Below, piece after piece: positions 39,429 to 51,095 of a DNA stretch of 64,000 nt. Each line of letters opens with the position of its first letter. Positions within the stretch are counted from its first letter, which is position 1. The stretch is from Eledone cirrhosa (Eukaryota): positions 76,322,001 through 76,386,000 of the forward strand of contig OZ024744.1 in the NCBI GenBank assembly GCA_964016885.1, written 5' to 3'. The notes under the pieces are model-generated. The model had not been told where the DNA came from. It did not search any database and saw only the letters and a list, made by a program, of their open reading frames with translations. The translations under genes and the position numbers were made by a program.

Positions 39429-42400
39429 AGAGGGCTCCACTACCACCACCAACAACCGTGGAGCACATACCCCTTCCAGACGCCACGAAATCCGACATGG
39501 AGTCTGAGGCGGGAGTGAAGTGGCAAACGGTCTGCCACAAAAAACAAAGCCCCTTAGCTTCACCCTCCAAAAGCGAAGGCACACAAAGATTGGTAAAAGC
39601 TGCAAGCAGACTTGCACACAAGCACCACCGCCAACAACAACCACACCACCACCAGCATCACCAAAAACACCAACAACGCAAACAAAACAAAACACACACA
39701 CACCAAACAGCAACAGGAAGAAAACAGCAACAAAATGCCCCCTCCCCCAAAAAATACACAGCCATAAACATGGCAAAAAAAGAATTCATACAATATATAA
39801 AGCAGCACACAGACATCACAGAAAAAAGAAATACTACACCCCACCAACACCAAGAACTCTCCCGACAAACATAAGCATCATTGATATCAAAATAGAACAG
39901 TACAAACTTTTAAAACAAAAATTCCCCAACGCAGTTGGAGACTTCAGAGGGTCGGTTACCAAGAGGATATACACTGACATCCTCTTGGAAACCCCATGAC
40001 CAGTCAAAGGGTCGCTTCTACTGTCCCTTCACCACACGGTGAAGGTAAGTGACCCTTTCTCACTTGCCCCGTTTCTCATCCAACATGGCGTACTTAGAAT
40101 AGGCAGTATAAATGCACTTGGCCTGGTGTCATCTTGGAAGCAGGGTCACCTGCTCATAGACCTCAGGTCACTAAATATAGATGTGGTGGCCATCAGCGAG
40201 AGCAGAATCTCCGAAGCACGAGCCTTCGCACCGATCTTCGGCGGCTACGATGTATACGCACTTCCCAGCCGTCCAGGATCGGGGGGAGGGGTGGCAGTAC
40301 TTTTTCGGAGAGGCTTGGATCTCGCCGTATGGGCCATCTTCCTGGACTCAGAAGGTAAGTCGGTGGTGCTAGCCGTAACCGGCAGCGAAGGCAATGCTTT
40401 CTTTCAGGCTAGTAGACGTCTACGCCCCAACTGAGGCAGGACGGCCAGATTTCTTCAGACGTCTATAGACCTTTCTTGGAACGTCCGCTCTTTAGTGTTA
40501 GTGGGAAACTGGAACGGTATCTTAGATGCACGCTGGGATTATGTGGGGCTAATAAACAGGGCAGTAGGGTGTAAAAGCCTCAACAACCTGCTCGGACGTT
40601 TTGAACTGTCTGACAGGTATAGTTTGGATTATTCGAATGTGCCAATGTGGACATAGGCAAACTGCATCGGGTCATCGAGATCGTATTTAGATAGGGTATT
40701 CTGTAGGGAAACAGATAAGGCTAGCGTAGGTTGTCCACAATTTAAAGTAGTCGACTACACGGACCACAAATTTGTGATCTCTGAAGTTGACTGAGATAGA
40801 CTCCATAGGCAAGGGCCCAGCTACTGGAAGCTGAACGCATCATTTCCGGCGCGCAAAGCTTAGAGACCGGATTAGCGTATTAGTTAAGTGTGCGTTGACG
40901 AGTGCGATCGACAACAACAGGAGGTGGTTTACCCAGAAAATGGCTATTAGAGTAGAATCGATAACGTTTAGCAATGGAGTAGTGATAGAGGAAAATAGAG
41001 TAGATGGAGAGTTACTTAGAAATCTAGAAGAGGCGTTTAGGAAGGCATTGCAACCGACGTGCTTGCGGTGAGATTGGCACTCGACCAATTCTTCGACGCA
41101 AAGCATGATGGCTGCGTGTCAGAGCAAGGGCGCGGGTGGTGGAAGCACGACGTGGCAACAAGTCCACAATTCGGTCTTTGCATGATCAAAACGGGCGCAT
41201 GTTGCTCGTACCCGAGCAGATGTATGCGGCTTTTCAACAGCACTTTGCTCAATTGTTCGGGAGCGGCGGCTGGTCGGATCGGAGTATGGACTTCGGTGCA
41301 TACTTCGACGGACTGCCGCGGCTCTCGACGACCGCAGTGCAGTGCTGGAAAAAGCCGATAACAGCAGATGAAAAACGGGAAGCGATGTCTGACTGCACGA
41401 GAGGTAAATCGCCAGGTTTGGATGGTCTGCCCTACGAGCTTTATGCATTTATGCCAGACTTGTTCGGTGACCTCTTGGCAGACGTCTAATGCAACTGGCA
41501 GCAGAACGGGAGCATTCCTAGTTTTGTGAGCAGGGGAGCGGTGGCGTTGCTGAGAAAAAACCTGAACATGGGGTTATGTTATCGAAAGTTTCAGGCCCAT
41601 AGCTCTGCTAAACGCAGAGTTCAAGGTTTTGTCCAAGGTGTTAGCAACGAGGTTGGCGCTTGTCGTCAAGGGTCTGGTGGGAAAGGCGCAGACATTCCGG
41701 CCAGATCCATACACGACAACCTCCACCCATGCGATACATCATAGAGAGGGTGGTTAAGGAACCTGGCACGGGTGGGGCCCTTATCAACTTGGATCAATCC
41801 AAAGCATTCGATAGGGTCGACCATCGGTACCTGTCTGCGGTCCTTAAGGCAGCCGGTTTCGGTCCCGTTTTCAGGGGTTGGATCGCAGCGATGTCTGCTC
41901 AGTTGTGAGGGTGAACGGTCTCCTGTCGCAGCCGTTCAGCATCATGCACTCGGTCCCCCAGGATGCGGGAAATCCGAGTCGGCTTACGCCAACGACGTCG
42001 CCGTGGTGGTGTCGAGCACCAGACACGTCCAGATGCTCGGTACCGCTCTCAAGGAATACGAAGCGGTGACAGGTGCAAAGATAAACCAGGAATAGTCGGT
42101 GGGCTTGCAGCTCGGCACCTGGCGAGGCAAGTCCATGACGTCCGAGAGCGTCATGGGGCGTTGGACGGACGGACCGGTTAAATTGCTTGGGGTCTAGTTC
42201 GTACCGGACCTCAAGATGGAGAAAAGCTGGAACGAGGTGACAAGCATGGTGGCCTCCTTCACCCAGAAATGGGCCGAGAGGAAGCTGTCCTTGAAAGGCC
42301 GGGCGGAGGTGGCGAATGCGTACATCGCTCCCGTCATCTGCTACCGCCTCACCTTCGTCTCTTGCTCCGGCCCAACTCTCACCAAAATGGAGCGCCTCGT

Positions 42401-43503
42401 CTTCCGGTTTTATGGAAATGACACACTCCGATGGTCAGACGATCCATCTACTGTCAACACCCGTTGCGTGGAGGACTGGGCATGCCATGGCTGATGATGA
42501 TCAAACATGCGCTGAGGCTGCGATATCTCTGGTGCTTACTTGACGGTGAATAGGTGTGGTCGCCGTTCGCCAGGCACGTTTTCCCACAGCTCGTCTCCTT
42601 GACGGAGCTCCAGTCCTGGGTCAGAAAAAGACCGAGGTATAGCGCTTGGAAACTGGAATTTCTCCAGGCGCTCACTGCCCTCTACCAGCTGCACACCAGT
42701 ATCGGTGGAACATGCACCTCCGCGTTCTATAGAGGACTAGTGGAGGGGAAGAGCGAAGACGTTCTCGGACAGATCGTGGGCGTCAAAGAAGATCAGCTGT
42801 TTGCTCTCTTCCGCAGATCTTTCAGCCCAGGGCCTATGGATAACTTCCAAAATCCCTGGCAGTGCTACCGGGGAGCTTTGCCGGTTCAAGATAAGCTCTA
42901 CAGGCACGGAAGTGCCGTCAGCCGAGCCTGTCCGAGATTCGCGCAGAGCGACGAAACCGTCGTGCACGCACTCGTTCAGTGCCTGAGCATTGCTGATTTG
43001 TGGAGCTATGACGAACAGTTGCTGTCGCGTGTAGGACTGATCCGGTTGTCGACTGAGTCCATTGTGCAGATGGTCTCGCCGTCTTCCTTCGAGGAGGAAG
43101 GTCAGGCGGTTTTTATCTGCCTGGTGGCCATGTCGAAAGAGATTGTGTGGTGGACAAGGTTGAAAGGGTTAAAGACAGACACTTTCCTCTTCGGCGAATC
43201 CCTAATTAACTTTTTCAAGTATCACTTGAAGAGGAAAATCAGGGTGGAGAGGCAAGTGCTGCCTTCTAGCAAGTTTGTTGAAAGGTAGGTGTTTGCCCCC
43301 TATTGGGGAATTTTTCATTGTTTAAATTTTCATTTTTATTGTTTATATATATATATGTTTCTGTGTCTTTTTTTCTTTTCTTATATAAATAATAAAAATC
43401 TTTTCACGCTCAAAACCCACATCGTACCGTCCTGTACCGTCCTGTGCCGTCTGTAATGTTTTTCTTGATGTCACACCTTGTGGCCAATAAAGAAATCATT
43501 ATT
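39429..43503 (+). mobile_element. Degenerate Tx1 lineage C: ORF1 end, disrupted ORF2, 3' end
   Basis: APE, RT and zf peptides with many stops and frameshifts. Ends ccttgtggccaataaagaaatcattatt. Confidence 0.92.
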
Positions 43504-43595
43504 GTTGACTTTGCCTTTCATCCTTACGAGGTCGATAAAATAAAGTACCAGTAATGCACTGGTTAATTGCTGGCCTTGTGCCTAAAGTAGAAACA

Positions 43596-43659
<64 letters not shown>
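43504..43659 (+). mobile_element. 5'-truncated SINE in the Tx1 tail, followed by long (TTA)n
   Basis: ttgcctttcatccttacgaggtcgataaaa...agtagaaacaa(tta)n. Confidence 0.9.
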
Positions 43660-43660
<1 letters not shown>

Positions 43661-44451
43661 AGTTGCATTTATCTTGCTTTATGTTCATACGAGTTATCAC
43701 CAAGTCACAACCAGTGACCTCAAAAGACAACAAGGTCCGCCATGTTCAAGAAAGAACATACATACTCACACATGCATCTTTATTGTTTAGACTTGTGATG
43801 TACTTATATTGACAGAATCTTCCTTAGTATATGGGCAGTTCCCATTAGTACTATCTTTTGTATTTCTCCTATACGCGGGTTTCCTGGGATTTGCGATGAG
43901 TAATCAATAGACCCATTAGGTATCATTCCCAGAGCGCCTACAACCACTGGTATTGTTTTAGTTCTCAATTTCCACATTTTTCCAATTTCTATCTCCAGGT
44001 CCTTAAACTTGCTCAATTTTTCAAATGTTTTTATAGATACATTCTTGTCTATTGGAACGGACATATCAATTAGCAGGCATACCCTCTTTTTAAAGTCCTT
44101 CGGTATTATATCAGGTCTATTTGCATCTATTTTTCGGTCTGTTTGGATGCTAAAGTTCCACAGGATTGAGATGTGATCTTTTTCAAGTATGGGAGGTGGT
44201 TGATGCTCCCACCAATTCTTTTGATGGGGCAGGTCAAAATGCTTACACATTATCCAATGTATGTATTGTGCAGCTCTGTCATGCCTGTTTAGGTATTCGG
44301 TTGGAGCTATAGGACTGCACATTGAAATTATATGGTCAATGGTCTCTGGTTGTTTTTTGCATACACGGCATAATGGGCTGCATCCATTTTTTATTATGTT
44401 GGCTTGGTAATTTTTTGTTGGCAGACACTGATCTTGTGCTGATATAATCAG
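43660..44451 (-). mobile_element. 5'-truncated R4/Dong-clade RLE retrotransposon inserted in (TAA)n
   Basis: AQDQCL...CRVC..ETIDHIISMC..RHD..RPDII..LID..P..EK..K..L..PVVVGALG. (TAA)n on both sides. Confidence 0.92.
43804..44451 (-). CDS. R4/Dong C-terminal CCHC + restriction-like endonuclease (partial)
   Basis: The open frame extends 43 codons upstream of the listed ORF, to the (TAA)n junction. Confidence 0.88.
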   Translation of the reverse strand: MIISAQDQCLPTKNYQANIIKNGCSPLCRVCKKQPETIDHIISMCSPIAPTEYLNRHDRAAQYIHWIMCKHFDLPHQKNWWEHQPPPILEKDHISILWNFSIQTDRKIDANRPDIIPKDFKKRVCLLIDMSVPIDKNVSIKTFEKLSKFKDLEIEIGKMWKLRTKTIPVVVGALGMIPNGSIDYSSQIPGNPRIGEIQKIVLMGTAHILRKILSI

Positions 44452-44469
44452 TTATTATTATTATTATCA

Positions 44470-44530
44470 TCTTTATGTGAACCCTTGTGGTTAATAAAGA
44501 AAACATTATTATTATTATTATTATTATTAT
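44470..44530 (+). mobile_element. ~35-bp Tx1-A 3' terminus + (TTA)n
   Basis: ctttatgtgaacccttgtggttaataaagaaaacattatt. Confidence 0.85.
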
Positions 44531-44747
44531 TGAATGCCATGGTTGACGGAGGCTCGGCTCTGTAAGGTATAGTAATTTTTAACCGTTAAAACAATTGTAA
44601 ATTGTTTAAAACTTGAACCAAATTGTTGATAAAGACACCCTCCTCCTCGTGAGAGGGGTCTTTCTGTCCGTTATTTGGCCCTTCGGGGTTAAATAACCAG
44701 TTATTGGGGTTTTGTACCCAAAATTTCATTTTAAACAAAAAAACAAC

Positions 44748-46845
44748 ATGGCTACGAAAAAGAAATTTCATACGTCACTCCCACTCATTCCGTCTTCTTC
44801 TTCCTCAATCATCACTACAGCAGAGAGAAGATTGTCTCTCTCCCTCCCTTCTTTAAATGTGTCTCTCTCCCTCCCTTCTCTTTCGCAAGTGACGAAAGAA
44901 AAGAAAAGTCTCGTGCAAAGCGTGCAAGGTTTCTCCACGACGACGACGACAGCGACGAAACAGGTGTGCGGGAAATACGAAAACCCAGTTCATTCGTCTG
45001 ACGTCAGGAATAATAGCAGTAGCAGCCGTAATAATAACAGCAACAGTGACAATGAAAACAACAGTAGCAGCCGCAACAGCATCACCAGCAGCATAAACAA
45101 CAACAGCATTAGCAGCAGCAACACCAACAACAACCACAGCAACAGCGGCGGAGGCAGTAGTCGTAGTACCTGCAGCAACAACAAAAGTACCAGCAGCTCT
45201 GACGACAACAACAACAGCAGAGAAAAACCAATCTCATTTGCAGGTATTGCGAAAAACTTGGAAACAATCCTCATAACAAATGAGGAATTAGAGGAAGCGA
45301 AGAAGATGGTGACAAAGAACGGACACCGAGCAATCTGCAAGGCAGCGGAAAAATTTTTCGAAACCCAAGAGCACTGTACGGTCACCTACCGTACAGTAAG
45401 TACAAAATCCCGTAGGGTGGAAAGAGCCACAGAGGCCCAAATACAAAAAGCCTTGGGGTCTGTGTGGCAGCGGAAAACGCACATCACTCGAGGCAAAAAA
45501 TATGCCACCGTAGACGTACTTTTTGCCACACCCCAGGAGGCAAAGGCCCAATCAGTAGTGACCCTAAGGAGCGAGGAAATGGTGTTGGTGCCCTCCTACT
45601 GCGGGCAAAAAAGTGTGAGGGTCAAACTGACCCACGTCCCCCCCCGGAATGACCCCTTCTTGGCTGGCCGCGTCTGTCCTCGTCGGAATCGAGGACAAAA
45701 CAACTGTACTGCAAGTACAGAAAAAAGTAAGAGAAGATTGGGTCGGCTCCTCCATTGAGATGCTAATCCAAACCAACCAGGAGTGCATCGAAGCTATCCC
45801 GGATGTGATAGACTTCGATAACGGCACTCAACTGCCCATAAGTGTTGAGGGCAAACGCCCGAAATGCTTTCGCTGTGGATCGAAGACTCACCTCAGGGCC
45901 TTCTGCAACGAGAAGACCCTGAGAAAGGAGAAAACCCCCCTCCTTCCGAATCCGGCTCCACGGCTACCAGCAACAGGACAAGCGGCAACCAGGAACGATA
46001 GGTCCGTGGCACCCATATCCACTCCACGGAAATCAAAAACAGCAGCAGCAGTGGAAATATTAACAACAACAACAGCAATACCAAATGCAGCTGCAACAGA
46101 GACTCCAGTGCAAACATCACCAACAACAACAAGTGAAAGAGTGGAGCTGGTACCCCTCCCCGACCTCACAGAATCAGACATGGAGTGTGAGGTGGGAGAG
46201 GGATGGCAAAAGGTCGCAAGAAGGCACAAACGCAGAAGCAGCGCATCGTCGCCTTTGAAAAGGGAGGAAAGAAATGAGAAAAGGGTAAAGTCTACTGCAA
46301 AGAGACCCACAGCAGCAACACCACCAACACCATCACCACCCACACCAGCACCACCATCACCACCGGCGACAACCCCGCCGCCAATAACACCTTCAACACC
46401 ACCACCACAAGTACCAACATCGCAAACACAACAACAAAACACACACACCCAGCAACAACGACAAGAAAATAGCAGAACCACACCCCACCCCCAGAAAAAC
46501 AAATGCACGGCAATAAAAACACACAACAAGAAACTAATGACTTACATAATTGAACACACAGACATTTCACAACAGGACTACATAATACCAGCACCAATCA
46601 AAACGCCAACTAACATAAGACTGCTAAAAATAGCACAGAAACAATACACAAACATTAAAACGAAATTCCCCAACGCAGTTGGTGATTTCAGGGACCTAGG
46701 AGGAACCATCAATCGAAGAGTATATTCAGACATTCTCTTAGAAGAGCCGACGACCAGCCGAAGGGACGATTCAACGGTCCCTTCACCAGACGATCAAGTG
46801 AAAAGGGATGTAAAAACCATCCCTCCTCTACCAAAAGTACGGTAA
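44748..46845 (+). CDS. Tx1-A ORF1 (Ser/Asn-rich N-terminus, CCHC knuckle), one frameshift in the C run ~45640
   Basis: Joins ORFs 44712..45758 and 45649..46845. CFRCGSKTHLRAFC. Confidence 0.88.
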
Positions 46846-46880
46846 GTGGTCTTTCCCATCTTTTCCACTCTATTTTAAAC

Positions 46881-49800
46881 ATGACCTCACTCAGAATAGG
46901 CAGCATAAATGCGCGTGGCTTGGGGTCGTCATGGAAGCAGGGTCACCTGCTCAACGACCTCAGGTCACTAAACATAGATGTAGTGGCCATCAGCGAGACC
47001 AGAATCTCCGAAGCATGGGCCTTCGCACCGATCTTCGGCGGCTACGATGTGTACGCATCTCCCAGCCGTCCTAGATCGGGTGGAGGAGTTGCTGTGCTTT
47101 TTCGGAGAGGTTTGGATCTCGCCATACGGGCCATCTTCCTGGACCCAGAGGGTAAGCTGGTGGTGCTGGACGTGACCAGCGGAGACGGGCAAGCTTTCAG
47201 GCTAGTGGCCGTCTATGCCCCGACAGGAGCAGGGCGGCCTGATTTCTTCCGGCGTCTGGAGACCTTTCTTGGAACGTCCCGCTCTTTAGTGTTAGTGGGC
47301 GACTGGAACGGGATCTTAGATGCACGCTGGGACTGTGTGGGATTAGCGGATAGGGGTGGAGGGTGCAAGAGCCTCACCAACCTGCTCAGGCGTTTTTGAA
47401 CTGTCTGACAGGTACCGATTGGATTTCCCGAATGTGCCAATGTGGACTTGGACAAACCGCATAGGGTCATCCAGATCATATCTAGATAGAGTATTTTGTA
47501 GGGAAATAGATAGGTCTAGCATAGGCTGTCCACAATTCAAGATAGTCAGCTACACGGACCACAAATTCGTGACCTGTGTGCTTGACTTAGATAGGCTTCA
47601 TAGACGAGGACCCGGCTACTGGAAGCTAAACGCGTCCTTACCAGCGCGCAAGGCCTACAGAGACCGGATTAGCGAACTAGTTAAGCGGGCGTTGACGGGG
47701 GCCATCGTCAACAACAAGTGGTGGTTTGCTCTGAAAAGAGCGATTAGAATAGAATCGATTAGGTTTAGTAAGGCTTTAACAATAGAGAAAAATAGAGCAG
47801 AGGGAGAACTAGTTAAAAAATTAGACGAGGCGCTTAGCAAAGGCATCGCGACCGACGTGCTTGCGGCGAAATTGGCCCTTGACCAATTCTTCAATGCAAA
47901 GCACGAAGGCTGCGTTGTCAGAGCTAGGGTGCGTGCTCTCAGACACGAGGGGACGAAAGCCGTTCAATGGGCCCGAGTGGCGGAGGCGCGTCGTGGCAAC
48001 AAAGCCACGATCCGGTCTTTGGTGGACCACGACGGGCGCATGCTACTCGATCCCGGACAAATGTGTGAAGCTTTTCAGCGACACTTCGCTCAGCTGTTCG
48101 GGGGCAGCGGGGGGCCGGGTAGAGGGATGGACTTTAGTGTCTACCTCGACGGACTGCCGCGGCTCTCGGCCACTGAGGCGAAGTGTTGCGAAAAGCCGAT
48201 AACAGCCGCTGAAGTAAGGGAGGCAATGACTGGCTGCACAAGGGGTAAATCGCCTGGTTTGGATGGTCTGCCCTATGAACTTTACGTACAGATGCCAGAC
48301 TTGTTCGGAGGCCTCTTGGCGGACGTCTACTGCAACTGGCAACAGAACGGGAGAATTCCCAGTTCTGTGAGCCGAGGAGCGGTGGCACTGCTGAGAAAGG
48401 ATCCGAACAAGGGGGATAACATAGACAATTTCCGGCCCATAACTCTGCTAAACACAGAGTTTAAGATTTTGACCAAGGTGCTAGCAAAGAGGTTGGCGCT
48501 TGTCGTTGGTGGTCTGGTGGGAGAGGCGCAGACATGCGCCATTCCCGACAGATCCATCCACGACAACCTCCACCTCATGCGATACATCGTAGAGAGGGTA
48601 GCTAGGGAACCTGGCACGGGTGGGTCCTTGATCAATTTAGATCAGTCGAAAGCTTTCGATAGGGTCGACCATCGTTACCTAGCGGCAGTCCTGAGGGCGG
48701 CTGGCTTTGGGCCCGTCTTCAGAGGCTGGATCGCTGCCATGCACAGCGACATCTGCTCTGTGGTGAGAGTGAACGGTCACCTGTCGGAACCGTTCAACAT
48801 CATGCGCTCGGTCCGCCAAGGATGTCCCCTCTCGTCCCTCTTGTACGTATTGACTCTCGAGCCATTACTGCACAAACTGGAGACGTTGAGGGGAGTCCCG
48901 CGCGAACTAGGATGCGGAAGATCCGTGTCAGCATATGCGGACGATGTCACCGTAGTGGTGTCGAACGCCAAACACATCGAGGCGATCGGTACTACACTAA
49001 GAGAATACGAAGCGGTGACAGGAGCAATGATCAACCAGGAAAAGTCAGTGGGCCTGCAGCTCGGCACCTGGAGAGGCAGGTCCATGCCGTCCAACAGCGT
49101 CGTCGGGCGCTGGACGGACGGACCGGTTAAATTGCTAGGGGTCTGGTTCGGTCCGGACCTCCAGACGGACAAAAACTGGGACGAGGTGACGAGCAGGGTG
49201 GCTTCTCTCACCCAGAAATGGGCGGAGAGGAAGCTATCCCTGAAAGGTCGAGCGGAGGTGGCTAACGCGTACATCGCGTCTGTCATCTGCTACCGCCTAA
49301 CCGTCGTACCTTGTCCTAAGCCTCGCCTGACTGCGCTGGAGCGTTTGCTCTTTCGCTTTTTGTGGAAGGGACGTGCTCCGATGGTCAGGCGGTCCATCTG
49401 TTGTCAACACCCGCTACGTGGAGGGCTGGGCATGCCGTGGCTGATGATGCGCAGGCACGCGCTCAGGCTACGACATCTCCACCTCTTCCTCGACGGTGAT
49501 CAGGTGTGGTCGCCGTTTGCTAGACGCGTTTTTCCCCAGCTCGTTTCCTTGACGGAGCTGCAGTCCTGGGTCAAGCGAAGACCGAGAGGGAGCGCCTGGA
49601 GACTGGAATGTCTTCAGGCGCTCACAGCCCTCGACCAATCGGGCAATGTGATCGGTGGAAACTCCACCTCGGCGTTCTATAGAGGATTAGTGGAGGGGAA
49701 GAGCGACGACGTACTTGGGGAAACTCTAGGCGTCGACGAAAATCAACTAGCCAATCTCTTCGGAAGAACTTTCGGGCCGGGGCCTATGGACAACTTCCAG

Positions 49801-50301
49801 AAATCTCTGGCCTGGCAGTGCTACCGAGGAGCCTTGCCAGTTCGGGATAAACTCTACAGGCATGGAGGTGCCGTCAGCCGGGCATGTCCGAGATGCGCGC
49901 AGGGCGACGAAACCGTCCTGCACGCACTCGTCCAGTGTCCGAAAATTGCTGACTTGTGGGTTTATGTCGAACACCTGCTGTCGCGTTTAGGACGGATCCA
50001 GCTATCATCTGAGTCTATCGTGAGGATTGCCCCGCCCTCCTCCTTTAGCCGGGAAGGGCAGGCAGTTTTTATCTGTCTGGTGGCCATGGCGAAAGAGATA
50101 GTATGGTGGACACGTTTGAAAGGGCTGAAGACGAGCACTTACCTCTTCGGTGATGCTCTGATTGACTTTTTCAAATTTCATTTGAAAAGGAAAATCAGAG
50201 TAGAGAAGGAAGTGCTCTCTTCCCAGCATTTTGTTGAAAGATGGGTGAGAGAAGCAAGAATGGCCCGAGTGAATGGGCCGACTCTGAGTATATATCTGTA
50301 A
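46881..50301 (+). CDS. Tx1-A ORF2 APE-RT-zf, one frameshift in the T run ~47395
   Basis: Joins ORFs 46881..47399 and 47356..50301. All catalytic motifs are present. Confidence 0.93.
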
Positions 50302-50579
50302 ACTAAAGGTGGAAAACTGGGAGAGGGCACTTGCCTTGGTGGTCAGGGTCATTGTGGCTTTTTACTGGGCTTTCTCCACAAATGTCCCTCCGAAGTCTCC
50401 CCCCTATTGGGGAATTTTTCATTGTTATTTTCATTGTTATTTTTGTTACATCCTCTGTTTTTGTTTTTTTACACGCAGAAATGCCCATTTGTACCGTCCT
50501 GCATTGTCCTGCACTGTCCTTAATGTCTACTTTATGTAAACCCTTGTGGTTAATAAAGAAATCATTATTATTATCATCA

Positions 50580-50617
<38 letters not shown>

Positions 50618-50620
50618 TCT

Positions 50621-50802
50621 ATAGAGGTGCCGTCGGCCGGGCATGTCCGAGATGCGCGCAGGGCGACGAAACCGTCCTGCACTCACTCGTTCAGTGTCCG
50701 AGCATTGCTAACTTGTGGGTTTATGTCGAATACCTGCTGTCGCGTGTAGGACCGATCCATCTATCAGCTGAGTCCATCGTGCGGATTGCCCCGCCCTCTT
50801 CC
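50621..50802 (+). mobile_element. Internal Tx1-A ORF2 zf fragment
   Basis: Matches ~49865-50045. Confidence 0.85.
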
Positions 50803-51095
50803 TAGCAAAGATGAATTAGCAAGTGCTGTCTTGGCAGTCTGGAAATCTTCGAGTTGTGCTTGTGTCAAGGATATATCCTCATTCTTCTTACGTCGATCTT
50901 TCAAAATCTCGGTAAGGGAAAACAGTAATTTTGAACATTGAGAACGAAACGTCTATAAAAATTGATTAGGCCTAGGAAGTGACGCAACTGGCGGAGTGAG
51001 GTAGGCAGCGGTACATCCTGTATAGCCTTAACTCGCTGTGGAAGGGGTCGAATACCCTCGGCGTCGATGATGTCACCTAAAAATTCAGTGAAGCG
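50803..51095 (-). pseudogene. Ty3/Gypsy pol fragment (RT end/connection)
   Basis: EFLGDIIDAEGIRPLPQRVKAIQDVPLPTSLRQLRHFLGLINFYRRFV...FQTAKTALANSSLL. Confidence 0.88.

Larger units (their letters stand above)
44531..50620 (+). mobile_element. Full-length Tx1 LINE, lineage A, between (TTA)n tracts
   Basis: 5'UTR hairpins, ORF1, ORF2, 3'UTR, (TTA)n tail. Confidence 0.96.
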
